From positions 150,619 through 214,618 of the forward strand of contig CAYLVW010000001.1 of NCBI GenBank assembly GCA_964387275.1: a stretch of DNA of 64,000 nt, given 5' to 3'. Below the pieces are notes generated by a model. The model made no database searches. It saw nothing but the letters and a program-made list of their open reading frames with translations, and was not told where the DNA came from. A program made the position numbers and the translations under genes. This document shows, piece by piece, positions 1 to 9,904 of this stretch. The DNA comes from an uncultured Candidatus Saccharibacteria bacterium (GTDB lineage Bacteria; Patescibacteriota; WWE3; UBA101185; UBA10185). Every line of letters begins with the position of its first letter. Position 1 is the first letter of the stretch.

Positions 1-586
1 TGCCTATACTATAGAGGTTCCTTCGAATGCAGAACCTGGTGGACATTTTGGATCTGTGATATTTAGAACAACTGCTGTTAGCAATAACAACACTACTGGT
101 ACATCCGTTGCCCAGGAGGTTGGTTCCTTGCTACTTGTTAAAGTTTCTGGTGATGTTAGAGAGAAATTAAAATTTGATTCATTTGTTGCTAAACAGAGTT
201 TTTATGAATATGGACCAGTCGATTTGGAGCTAAAGTTTACAAATACTGGTAACGTTCATGTAAAACCTACAGGGAGTGTAATTATTACAGATATATTCGG
301 CAATAAAGTAACAACAATTGATGTTGAAACAAAAAATGTTCTTCCCGGAGCTTCGAGAAGGATGGAAGCCGTCTGGAAATCAAAGCTCTTACTTGGAAAA
401 TATACTGCGGTTGCCACCTTAAATTATGGTGCTGACAAAGAATTGTTGACTTCTTCCACTAGTTTTACAGTAGTACCCTATAAACTTGTGACTGGTGTTG
501 TTGTGGTAGGATCACTTGCTCTTTATATAATTTTTAAAATGCGAAAAAGATTAGGTAAAGCGCTAAAAGTTCTATTTGGTAAATGA
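1..586 (+). CDS. DUF916/DUF3324-like (WxL-interacting-type) cell-surface protein, 5-prime partial
   Basis: The frame is open from base 2 (AYTIEVPSNAEPGGHFG), so the gene starts before the window. It has PxxAEPGGH and NTGNVH motifs, Ig-like beta strands, and a C-terminal TM helix with a basic tail. Confidence 0.65.
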   Translation, partial: AYTIEVPSNAEPGGHFGSVIFRTTAVSNNNTTGTSVAQEVGSLLLVKVSGDVREKLKFDSFVAKQSFYEYGPVDLELKFTNTGNVHVKPTGSVIITDIFGNKVTTIDVETKNVLPGASRRMEAVWKSKLLLGKYTAVATLNYGADKELLTSSTSFTVVPYKLVTGVVVVGSLALYIIFKMRKRLGKALKVLFGK

Positions 587-1473
587 TAAACAAATACCTG
601 TCCGTTTGTGTTCTACTACTTATCTCATTTATTTTTACTGGGGTTGTTGTAGGCCAGACAAACATCTCAGTTTCGATGCAAATTGGGGAGCCCTATGGTT
701 CTCTTATAGTTGAGGGCCAAGCACCACCTCTATCCACTGTAACTATATTAATAGATAGCAACATAGTTGGAACAGTAATGTCTGATATAGATGGGAATTT
801 TTCAAAGGAGGTCACTTCGTTGGAGCCTGACATCATAGATGTAAGTTTGTACTATCAGACTCCAAACGGTGAAATTTCCCCTACCATTCATCAGCAGTTA
901 GCCATTATATCCGGCACTCAGATCCGTTTGTATAATTTAGTTTTACCTCCAACAATTAATGCTAAGTATTTGAAGGATACCAAAACAATATATGTTTATG
1001 GCTATGCAGTTAGAGGATCTACTGTCGTCGTTTTTACAGACAAATTAGCAGACTCTTTTCAATCTATCGCAAGTGATACTGGAAAATGGAGTGTTAGTTT
1101 TGATGTTTCTTCAAAAAAACTTTCAAAGCTAAAGGTTTATGCCAGGTCAACCGATAGCTCTGGAAAACAGAGTAAGCAAAGTCAAACCATTACTGTAACA
1201 GTTAAAAATGACTATATCTCAGAAATAGTTGATAGCATTCCAAACAATCTTATTAGAGATGTGGTTGAAAGATTTTTCAATCCTTTATCTGTGCTATATT
1301 CCGAGTTTGATCTTAACAAAGATGGTGTTATTACTAAAGATGAGGCATTTAATGTGGTTAAGACTTGGACAGGTTCCTGGAGAGGGAGTGATGGGTCCTG
1401 TGATCTTAATAACGATACTAAATGTAATATAGTAGATTTTTCAATTATGCTTTTTTATATCGATAGGAGATAA
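583..1473 (+). CDS. Secreted Ig-like-repeat protein with C-terminal dockerin-like (paired Ca-binding loop) domain
   Basis: N-terminal signal peptide, two Ig-like segments (SDIDGNFS, SDTGKWS), and C-terminal DLNKDGVITKDE and DLNNDTKCNIVDFSIML loops. Confidence 0.65.
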   Translation: MINKYLSVCVLLLISFIFTGVVVGQTNISVSMQIGEPYGSLIVEGQAPPLSTVTILIDSNIVGTVMSDIDGNFSKEVTSLEPDIIDVSLYYQTPNGEISPTIHQQLAIISGTQIRLYNLVLPPTINAKYLKDTKTIYVYGYAVRGSTVVVFTDKLADSFQSIASDTGKWSVSFDVSSKKLSKLKVYARSTDSSGKQSKQSQTITVTVKNDYISEIVDSIPNNLIRDVVERFFNPLSVLYSEFDLNKDGVITKDEAFNVVKTWTGSWRGSDGSCDLNNDTKCNIVDFSIMLFYIDRR

Positions 1474-1488
1474 GTTTTAGCTGTGTGA

Positions 1489-1517
1489 TGGATTTTACTC
1501 ACAAAGCGTAATATCAT
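1489..1517 (+). promoter_or_regulatory. Candidate sigma70 promoter, leaderless geometry
   Basis: TGGATT-N17-TATCAT, ending 6 nt before the ATG at 1524. No SD. Confidence 0.35.
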
Positions 1518-1523
1518 ATTTGT

Positions 1524-2603
1524 ATGGGACTGCCGGGAATTTTTATAGTATTTAAATTATTATCGTTTGTTTTTGCATCATGGGTTTTAATTCATGTATT
1601 TGCACTATTTGGTATTTTTGCGGCAATTACTTACACTTTTTGGTGGTATGTTGCTCCTAAACAAACCGTATGTTTTTTCTGTAAAGTAAAAAAAGAAGGT
1701 GAGCATTGTCCTGTTTGCCACACTTCCATTAAGAAATCGGAAGGAGATCACCCAAAGTCTTTTTTTTCTGCTATTGCCAATTCAATACTGTTGCTAATCT
1801 TTTCAGTTATTTCTGTAGGGATAGTTTTTGGTGAAAGCAGATTACTTTATATGCTGGGTTTTCCCGCCACACAAAAAACCGTAACTTTTTCTATTCCCAG
1901 TAAGGGTCAGTTTGAGGTTGGGGAGATTTTTCCATTTAAAGTTGAGATTGCTGGAATTCAAACTCCTATAAATACTGTCCAGGCCGATATAGGATTTGAT
2001 CCTACCATGCTAGAGTTAATTGATATATCAACAAAAGAATCGTTTGCAACGATTTTTGTTCAAAAGGATATAGATAACAAAGTTGGGTATGTGCGTCTGA
2101 CAGGGGGGCTTCCAAATCCAGGTTATGCCGAAAAGACTGGGGCTTTTACTACACTTTATTTTAGAGGTAAGAAGCCGGGGACCGTGGAAATTAAATTTTT
2201 ACCCACTACTTTAGTGCTTGCAAATGATGGTAGAGGTACAAACGTAGTAAGAGATTTAGCATCAACCTCTTTTTTGATACTTCCAGAAAAGATAGAGACT
2301 CTTAATAAACCTGAGACAACTGTACACGAGGAAACTCTAGATCTAGCCCCTACTATATTACCTGAGGATGGCTCTGTGCCTGACACTGGTGTTCTTGGTG
2401 CTCAATCTGATGATACGAGATGGTATTTTTACGAGGAGAAAGCTGAGGTTCTTGGTGAGAGCTCCAGTTCCACTCAAAATCAAAGGAATGATCAGTTTTC
2501 ATTGAGTAATATAAACTTTGCAAATGCAATTGCTGGGTACATTTTTTGGGTAGATACTTTGATAATGAGATTTTGGAGTGCTTTAATTGGTTTTATAGCC
2601 TAA
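1524..2603 (+). CDS. Membrane-anchored cohesin-domain protein with CxxC-x8-CxxC motif
   Basis: N-terminal TM helices flank CFFC...CPVC. Cohesin-like segment GEIFPFKVEI...INTVQADIGFDP...GYVRLTGG...VLANDGRGT, followed by an acidic linker and a hydrophobic C-terminus. Confidence 0.65.
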   Translation: MGLPGIFIVFKLLSFVFASWVLIHVFALFGIFAAITYTFWWYVAPKQTVCFFCKVKKEGEHCPVCHTSIKKSEGDHPKSFFSAIANSILLLIFSVISVGIVFGESRLLYMLGFPATQKTVTFSIPSKGQFEVGEIFPFKVEIAGIQTPINTVQADIGFDPTMLELIDISTKESFATIFVQKDIDNKVGYVRLTGGLPNPGYAEKTGAFTTLYFRGKKPGTVEIKFLPTTLVLANDGRGTNVVRDLASTSFLILPEKIETLNKPETTVHEETLDLAPTILPEDGSVPDTGVLGAQSDDTRWYFYEEKAEVLGESSSSTQNQRNDQFSLSNINFANAIAGYIFWVDTLIMRFWSALIGFIA

Positions 2604-2703
2604 ATTACTATTTTAAAGGGCAGAAAGGGGCTCAAACTATAAGTTATAGGAGGTATTTAGAAGGATTAGTTTCTGTATTGACGTTTAGGGAATCTAAATA
2701 CCC

Positions 2704-2733
2704 TTGACAACACTATATAGGATTTGTTAAATT
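2704..2733 (+). promoter_or_regulatory. sigma70 promoter of rpoBC
   Basis: TTGACA (2704-2709)-N18-TAAATT (2728-2733) with extended -10 TG at 2725-2726. Confidence 0.6.
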
Positions 2734-2945
2734 ATTCCCTGTCACAAAAGTGGGGGTTTTTGTACCCAAAAACACAACCATTTTTTGAGCTTATAAAGAA
2801 ATTTCCAAGAATATTAATTTGTCTTTTTTCTTGATTCTATGCGAGAAAAAGGAAGGCGGGATTAGGTTAATTACCAGTCCAGGCAAATGAGATAACTCGT
2901 AAAGGTGACAGGCCCCCTTTGCAGAAATCTTAAGAAAAATAATTA

Positions 2946-5900
2946 ATGCGACATAGTTTTTCAAAAAGAAAAGTAGTATTGCCTTTACCAAATTTATCAA
3001 GTGTTCAATTAAATTCTTATGATTGGTTACTTAGTCAAGGTTTAAATGAAATTCTTGAGGAGCTCGGAAACATTGAGGACTATTCCGGAAGAGGGTGGCT
3101 CGTTAAACTATCAAGCCCTCAAATAGATAAACCAAACTTAACAATTTCTCAAGCATTACACACCGGAAGAACATATGATGCTCCGTGGTACTTAGATGCA
3201 GTTATAGAAGATCCCCTTAAAAAGAAGAATAAAAAGCAACAAATATACATGGGAGACATTCCTTTAATGACACCTCAAGGTACTTTTATAGTAAATGGTG
3301 TGGAAAGAGTTATTGTAAATCAGCTAAGAAGATCCGAGGGTGTTATTTTCTCAGGTGAAAGATCACCAATTACTGGAGAATTACTAGCAGGTGCTAAGGT
3401 ACTTCCAAAAAACGGTGTCTGGTTAGAAATAGAGACTGCAAGAAGTGGAGTTATTAGCGTTAAAATAGACAGAAAGAGAAAAATTACTGTAACTACTTTG
3501 CTTAGAGTATTTGGACTTTCAACAGATGACGATATAAGAGAGGCTTTTAAATCTGTCGAAACAAACCCTGAATTGAACTACATAGAGTCTACTTTAGCAA
3601 GGGATCCTGCGTCTAACTTTGATGAGGCATGTATTGAGATATATCGAAAAATGCGACCAGGTGAGCCTCTAGTTTTAGAGAACGCCAGAGCTTTAGTTGA
3701 ATCTATGTTTTTTAACAAGAGAAGGTATTCTCTTGGGGAAGTTGGTAGATTTAAATTAAATCAGACACTTGGCATAAAGATTGTAAACGATGCAAATCAT
3801 AGACTATTACAGCAAGAGGATTTAGTAAAAATTATCTCCAGAGTTATTGATATTAATAATGGCACAGGTAAGGTAAGTGAGGTAGATCATCTAGGAAACA
3901 GAAGAGTTATAGGAGTAGGAGAGCTTCTTCAAAACCAGGTAAGAGTGGGGTTTTTGAGAATGGAAAAAAATATTAAAGAGAAGATGAGCTTGATGCCTAG
4001 AGAAGACTTGCCAGAACCATCACTTTTGATTTCTCCAAGGGCTGTTGCTGCAAATATCCATAGTTTTTTCGCAACAGGTCAATTATCCCAGTTCCAAGAT
4101 CAGCAGAACCCACTAACTTCCTTAACCCACTTAAGAAGATTGTCTGTAATGGGTCCTGGAGGTCTTACCAAGGAAAGAGCTAGCATGGCAGTTAGAGACG
4201 TACACTATTCTTCTTTTGGTAGAATTTGTCCGGTAAGAACACCGGAGGGCCCAAGTATCGGTCTTATAAACTACTTAGCTATGTACGCTCAGGTAAACAA
4301 GTATGGGTTTTTAGAAACCCCCTACCTTAAGCTTGAGAAAATAGATGGTAAGGTACGAGTAACCGATGAGGTAGTTTATCTTGCTGCATACGACGAAGAG
4401 GATCATTTTATTACAGACGCTTCAGTAAAAACAGATGAAAAGGGATTTATACTTGATCAACAAGTACCTCTTAGAAAGGGTGACATTTTTATTTTGGGCG
4501 ATGTTAATCAAGCTTCCTACATGGAGGTTGTTCCAAGACAGATTATAGGTATTGATGCAGGTCTTATTCCGTTCCTTGCAAATGATGAAGTTTCTAGAGC
4601 ATTGATGGGTACTCAGCAGATGTCACAGTCTGTACCTTTAGTAAAGCCTGAAGCTCCTTTGGTTGGAACTGGTATTGAAGCTGCTATTGCAGAAAATTCT
4701 CATGCTGTCACTCTTGCTGAGGCAGATGGTGAGGTAGTTTTTGCTGATGCTGCTAAAGTTATAGTTAAATATAACGGAGAAAAGATTAACAGGGAATATT
4801 ACCCAACAAAATTCCAGAAATCTAATTTGTACACTTGTTACAATCAGGTAGTTAAAGTTATAACAGGCCAAAAAGTAAAAAAGGGTGTTCCATTATTTGA
4901 GGGACCTGCAGTACAAAATGGTGAGTTAGCAATTGGTACAAATGTAAAAGTTGCCTACATGATTATGGAAGGTTATGAATTTGAAGACGGTATTATTCTG
5001 TCAGATAGACTAGTAAAGGAAGATATTCTTACTTCAATACACGTAACAGACCACACAATATCTGTACTTGAAACAAAGCTTGGGCCTGAGGAAATTACAA
5101 GAGATATTCCTAATGTTTCCGAGGAAGCTTTAAGAAATCTTGACGAGGATGGTATTGTTGCTATCGGTTCCAAAGTAAAGTCTGGTGATATTTTAGTAGG
5201 AAAGGTAGCTCCTAAAGGCGAGGTAGATTTGTCTGCAGAAGAAAGGCTTTTAAGAGCCATATTTGGTGAGAAGGCTAAAGATGTTAGGGACAATTCCCTT
5301 GTTATGCCTCATGGTGAGCACGGTGTTGTTATAAATGTTAAAAGAGTTACTAAGAAAGACAACGAGCAATTACCTGCAGGAACTTTGGAAGAAATTACTG
5401 TTTATGTTGCTCAACAGAAGAAGATTGAAATTGGTGATAAGTTAGCAGGTAGGCATGGTAATAAGGGTGTTATTTCTGCAATTGTACCTACAGTGGATAT
5501 GCCACATACTGAGCAGGGCGAGACAATAGACATTGTTTTCTCCTCAGAAGCAGTCTTAAAAAGAATGAATGTTGGTCAAATTTTAGAAGCTCCCCTAGGA
5601 ACAGCAGGTAGAATTCTTGGTAAAACTTACGAAATTCCCTCTCTGGAGCAATTCCCCTATTCTGATATAGATAATGAGCTTATGGAAGCTGGCATACCTG
5701 TGAGCGGTAAGGTAAAGCTTATAGACGGTAGAACCGGTGCTTATTTCCATGAAGAAGTTGTTGTAGGTGATACATATATACTAAAGCTTATTCACATGTC
5801 AGAGGATAAGATGCACGCAAGATCCACAGGCCCTTATTCTTTAATTACTCAACAACCATTGGGTGGTAAAGCTCAGATGGGTGGTCAAAGATTCGGAGAA

Positions 5901-6215
5901 ATGGAAGTTTGGGCATTAGAAGCTTACGGAGCATCACATGTACTTAGAGAGATGTTAACAATTAAGTCAGACGATCTAATAGGTAGAACCCAGTCTTATA
6001 GTTCAATGATTAAGGGTACTCCTATCCCAGAATCTACAGTTCCAGAAACCTTTAAACTGTTGGTTAGAAAACTCAATGGTTTAGGTTTAGGTATTGAGCC
6101 AATAATGTCTGAAGAACCAGTTGATGAATCTGCAAACACAGACGGAGAAAATCCATCCGAGGAAACCCCTAAAGTGGAAGAAAAATTAGTTTATGAAGGG
6201 GAGGAAACCTTATGA
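2946..6215 (+). CDS. rpoB: DNA-directed RNA polymerase beta subunit
   Basis: Motifs GTFIVNGVERV, QLSQF, GDKLAGRHGNKG, GGQRFGEMEVWALEAYGA. Confidence 0.99.
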   Translation: MRHSFSKRKVVLPLPNLSSVQLNSYDWLLSQGLNEILEELGNIEDYSGRGWLVKLSSPQIDKPNLTISQALHTGRTYDAPWYLDAVIEDPLKKKNKKQQIYMGDIPLMTPQGTFIVNGVERVIVNQLRRSEGVIFSGERSPITGELLAGAKVLPKNGVWLEIETARSGVISVKIDRKRKITVTTLLRVFGLSTDDDIREAFKSVETNPELNYIESTLARDPASNFDEACIEIYRKMRPGEPLVLENARALVESMFFNKRRYSLGEVGRFKLNQTLGIKIVNDANHRLLQQEDLVKIISRVIDINNGTGKVSEVDHLGNRRVIGVGELLQNQVRVGFLRMEKNIKEKMSLMPREDLPEPSLLISPRAVAANIHSFFATGQLSQFQDQQNPLTSLTHLRRLSVMGPGGLTKERASMAVRDVHYSSFGRICPVRTPEGPSIGLINYLAMYAQVNKYGFLETPYLKLEKIDGKVRVTDEVVYLAAYDEEDHFITDASVKTDEKGFILDQQVPLRKGDIFILGDVNQASYMEVVPRQIIGIDAGLIPFLANDEVSRALMGTQQMSQSVPLVKPEAPLVGTGIEAAIAENSHAVTLAEADGEVVFADAAKVIVKYNGEKINREYYPTKFQKSNLYTCYNQVVKVITGQKVKKGVPLFEGPAVQNGELAIGTNVKVAYMIMEGYEFEDGIILSDRLVKEDILTSIHVTDHTISVLETKLGPEEITRDIPNVSEEALRNLDEDGIVAIGSKVKSGDILVGKVAPKGEVDLSAEERLLRAIFGEKAKDVRDNSLVMPHGEHGVVINVKRVTKKDNEQLPAGTLEEITVYVAQQKKIEIGDKLAGRHGNKGVISAIVPTVDMPHTEQGETIDIVFSSEAVLKRMNVGQILEAPLGTAGRILGKTYEIPSLEQFPYSDIDNELMEAGIPVSGKVKLIDGRTGAYFHEEVVVGDTYILKLIHMSEDKMHARSTGPYSLITQQPLGGKAQMGGQRFGEMEVWALEAYGASHVLREMLTIKSDDLIGRTQSYSSMIKGTPIPESTVPETFKLLVRKLNGLGLGIEPIMSEEPVDESANTDGENPSEETPKVEEKLVYEGEETL

Positions 6216-9200
6216 AAGACTTAAACATATTCAGAAACTTTGACGCAATAAAGATATATCTATCTTCAAATGAAGAGATACTAACTTGGTCTCATGGTGA
6301 GGTCACCAAACCAGAAACAATAAACTACAGAACTTTTAGACCTGAAAGAGAAGGGCTATTCGATGAGAGGATTTTTGGACCCGCAAAAAACTACGAGTGT
6401 CACTGTGGTAAGTACAAGGGTATTAGATACAAAGGTGTTATTTGTGATAAGTGTGGTGTTGAGGTTACACATTCTAAAGTAAGAAGAGAAAGAATGGGTC
6501 ATATAACATTAGCAACACCTGTTGCACATGTTTGGTTTTTTAGAGGTATGCCTTCTAAGATGGCTTTGCTTCTTGATATGTCCCCAAGAAATGTAGAATC
6601 TGTAATCTACTTCTCATCATTTATTGTTACTGAGATTGATGGTACCAAGAAGGTAAACGCAATCGCCAAGATCGAAAAGGACTTAGAGAAGGAAAAGTCT
6701 CGAATAAATAGAGACTATGATATAGCTCAAAAAAATCTTGAAAAAGAGTTAGGCCACAAAGTATCTGAGAAAGACGATTTAGATTCCAGTGAATCTTCCC
6801 GAAAGTTCAGGGAAAAAGTTCAAACACTTAAAGTCTCATTTGATAAGAAATTTGAAGAAGCCGAAAGAAACTTCAAGATAATGCAAAAGAAAATTGAAGG
6901 GGTTGAGATGCACAGTATCTTAAGTGATACAGAGCAATTAGCACTTTCTGATTATCTAGATGAATTTTGTAAGGTAGAGATAGGTGCCGAGGCGCTTCAG
7001 GGTATTCTTGGGGCTTTAGATCTTAATGCTTTGGCTTCTGATCTAAGAGATGAGCTTAATGAGTCAAGAGGGCAGAAAGCTGCAAAAATTGCAAAAAGAC
7101 TTAGAGTCATAGAGCAGTTTAGAAGATCTGGCATATCTCCTGATAGGATGATATTTGGTGTAATACCTGTTATACCTCCTGATTTAAGGCCCTTAGTTCA
7201 ATTAGAGGGTGGTAGATTCGCTTCCTCAGATCTTAATGAACTCTATAGGAGACTAATAAATAGGAATAATAGATTGAATAGATTGCTGGATTTAGGTGCT
7301 CCTGAAATTATTATTAGGAACGAAAAAAGAATGCTTCAGGAAGCAGTTGATGCTCTGTTTGATTCTTCAAAACAAAGACAGAAGTTACGAAATACTAAGG
7401 GTAAGAAAGAACTAAGATCCCTCGCAGACATGCTAAAGGGGAAGCAGGGTATATTTAGGCTTAATTTACTTGGTAAAAGAGTAGACTACTCTGGTAGAGG
7501 CGTTATCATTAACGGACCTGAGCTTAAAATTAACGAATGTGGTTTACCAAAAGAGATGGCTTTAGAGCTATTTAAACCTTTCGTGTTAAGGGAAGTTTTA
7601 TCCAGAGGCTTTGCACCAAATATTAAAAGTGCAAAGACAGTACTTGATGCCAGAGGTGCTGAAATTTGGGATATTTTAGAAGAAGTGGTGAAAGATCACC
7701 CAGTACTTCTTAACAGAGCTCCAACTCTTTGGAGGCTTGGTATACAGGCATTTTATCCAAAACTTATTGAGGGTAACGCAATTAGACTACACCTTTGCGT
7801 GTGTTCTGGGTTTAACGCTGACTTTGATGGTGACCAGATGGCAGTTCACGTACCACTTTCTGAGAAAGCTATAGATGAGGCTCGAAATATCATAATTTCA
7901 ACAAACAACCTATTAAACCCATCTGATGGTTCTCCAATGTCAGTACCCAACAAGATTATGTTGTTTGGTATCTTCTACATTACTTCTATTGATGAGAAGT
8001 TTGAAGCTTACCCACGACCTATTTCCAGTAAGGAAGAACTAACTCACTTATTGGAGGTCAGTAAGAGACTAAAGTTAAGACAAAGAATAAAGTATAACTT
8101 GGATGGAGAGTTAGTAGATACCACAGCCGGTAGAGTTGTATTTAATGAGATTATCCCTACGTCATTTGGATTTGTTAATGATGAGATGACAAAAAAGAAG
8201 ATCAACGCTTTGATTGCACGCGCATTTGAAAGGGAAGACCATTCAGTAATTGTGAAGCTTATTGATGACTTAAAAGATATTGGGTTAAAGTATGGAACTA
8301 TTTCTGGTCAGTCAGTATCTTTACATGATGTAAAGATCCCAGAATCCAGAGTTGGATTAATAGAAGAAGGTAGAAAAGCAGTACTAGAGATCGATAAGAA
8401 CTTTAGACGAGGTTTAATCACAAAAAATGAATCTCAAAGACTTACAGAGGATGCATGGAACACTATAACTTCTAAGATTGATGATGAAGTATGGAATAAT
8501 CTAGAAGCCGACAACCCAGTTAAAGTACTAGTTAGGTCAGGTGCTACAAGAGCTTCAAGAGATCAAGTTAAACAAATAGCAGGTATTAAGGGTTTGATTA
8601 CAGATCCTACAGGTAAGACCGTACCTTTACCTATTTTAGGTAACTTTAAGCTTGGTTTATCCGGTCTTGAATACTTCGTCGGTGCTAGAGGTGCTAGAAA
8701 AGGTTTGGTAGATAAAGGTTTGAAGACCGCAGATGCAGGTTATTTAACAAGAAGACTTGTTGATGTTGCTCAAGATGTAATTGTAAGAGAAGAGGATTGT
8801 GAGACTGAACATGGCAGATTATTTACCGTCGGAGAATCTACAGTACTACATTCTTTTGCAGATAGAGTTGTAGGAAGATACTTAGCGACTGATATAAAAG
8901 ATGGTAACAAGATCATCTTAAGGAAAGGTACTCTTCTTGACAGAGATAATGTAAAACAACTTGAAGACGCCGGTGTTAAATCTTTCTATGTACGATCTCC
9001 TTTGGCTTGTGAGACAAGACGAGGTGTTTGTATGAAGTGTTATGGAATGGACTTAGTAACTAAAAAAGATGTAAGGATTGGTTCTGCTGTTGGTGTTGCT
9101 GCAGCTCAGTCTATTGGTGAGCCGGGTACACAGCTTACAATGAGAACCTTCCACACCGGAGGTATTGTTGGTAAAGATATTACTCAAGGTCTTCCAAGGG

Positions 9201-9886
9201 TTGAAGAGTTAGTAGAAGCCAGAGCACCTAAGTTTTTGTCTATTATGAGTGAAACAACAGGTAAGGTTAAGATCTACAAGAACGGTGATGAAAGAAGAGT
9301 TATTGTAACTGCAGTAGACAAATCTGAGGAAAATCAGATTATGGAATACATGGTAGACCCTGTGTCCGAAATAATTGTTGAGGAGGGTCAGTTAGTTGCT
9401 AAAGGTGAGAAGTTAACATCAGGTAACTTGGATCTTACTGATTTACTAAGAACAGTAGGTCCTGAAGAAACCAAGAAGTATATTATCTCTGAAATACAGA
9501 AAGTATATACATCTCAGGGTGTGTCTTTAAACGACAAGCACATTGAGATAATTGTAAGACAGATGTTTAACAACGTAAAAATTGAAGAACCTGGTGATAC
9601 CAATCTAATGATAGGTGAGGTTGTAACTAAGGCTTCATTTGTTGAAGAAAACGAGAAAGTATTAGCTTCGGGTGGTACTCCTGCTACTGCAAAAATGACT
9701 TTGCTTGGTATAACCAAGGCATCATTGAACACCGACTCTTTCTTGTCTGCAGCATCGTTTATTCAGACAAGTAGTGTATTGACCGATGCAGCAGCCTCTG
9801 GTAAAGTTGACAAGCTGTTGGGGCTTAAGGAAAACGTGATTATTGGAAGACTTATTCCAACAGGAGATGACGCAAGGTTAGGGTAA
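6212..9886 (+). CDS. rpoC: DNA-directed RNA polymerase beta-prime subunit
   Basis: N-terminal Zn finger, NADFDGD catalytic motif, trigger loop GEPGTQLTMRTFH. SD GGAGG; ATGA overlap with rpoB. Confidence 0.99.
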   Translation: MKDLNIFRNFDAIKIYLSSNEEILTWSHGEVTKPETINYRTFRPEREGLFDERIFGPAKNYECHCGKYKGIRYKGVICDKCGVEVTHSKVRRERMGHITLATPVAHVWFFRGMPSKMALLLDMSPRNVESVIYFSSFIVTEIDGTKKVNAIAKIEKDLEKEKSRINRDYDIAQKNLEKELGHKVSEKDDLDSSESSRKFREKVQTLKVSFDKKFEEAERNFKIMQKKIEGVEMHSILSDTEQLALSDYLDEFCKVEIGAEALQGILGALDLNALASDLRDELNESRGQKAAKIAKRLRVIEQFRRSGISPDRMIFGVIPVIPPDLRPLVQLEGGRFASSDLNELYRRLINRNNRLNRLLDLGAPEIIIRNEKRMLQEAVDALFDSSKQRQKLRNTKGKKELRSLADMLKGKQGIFRLNLLGKRVDYSGRGVIINGPELKINECGLPKEMALELFKPFVLREVLSRGFAPNIKSAKTVLDARGAEIWDILEEVVKDHPVLLNRAPTLWRLGIQAFYPKLIEGNAIRLHLCVCSGFNADFDGDQMAVHVPLSEKAIDEARNIIISTNNLLNPSDGSPMSVPNKIMLFGIFYITSIDEKFEAYPRPISSKEELTHLLEVSKRLKLRQRIKYNLDGELVDTTAGRVVFNEIIPTSFGFVNDEMTKKKINALIARAFEREDHSVIVKLIDDLKDIGLKYGTISGQSVSLHDVKIPESRVGLIEEGRKAVLEIDKNFRRGLITKNESQRLTEDAWNTITSKIDDEVWNNLEADNPVKVLVRSGATRASRDQVKQIAGIKGLITDPTGKTVPLPILGNFKLGLSGLEYFVGARGARKGLVDKGLKTADAGYLTRRLVDVAQDVIVREEDCETEHGRLFTVGESTVLHSFADRVVGRYLATDIKDGNKIILRKGTLLDRDNVKQLEDAGVKSFYVRSPLACETRRGVCMKCYGMDLVTKKDVRIGSAVGVAAAQSIGEPGTQLTMRTFHTGGIVGKDITQGLPRVEELVEARAPKFLSIMSETTGKVKIYKNGDERRVIVTAVDKSEENQIMEYMVDPVSEIIVEEGQLVAKGEKLTSGNLDLTDLLRTVGPEETKKYIISEIQKVYTSQGVSLNDKHIEIIVRQMFNNVKIEEPGDTNLMIGEVVTKASFVEENEKVLASGGTPATAKMTLLGITKASLNTDSFLSAASFIQTSSVLTDAAASGKVDKLLGLKENVIIGRLIPTGDDARLG

Positions 9887-9904
9887 TTTTGCGAAACAAT
9901 TTTT

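Noticed and set aside
2791-3000. 69-aa minus-strand ORF upstream of rpoB
   Set aside because: Overlaps the rpoB start and leader, and has no recognisable motif or expression signal.
6213-6215. Alternative genetic code 25 (TGA as Gly), as in Gracilibacteria/Absconditabacteria
   Set aside because: TGA ends rpoB and rpsJ at the expected positions, and conserved genes have no internal TGA.
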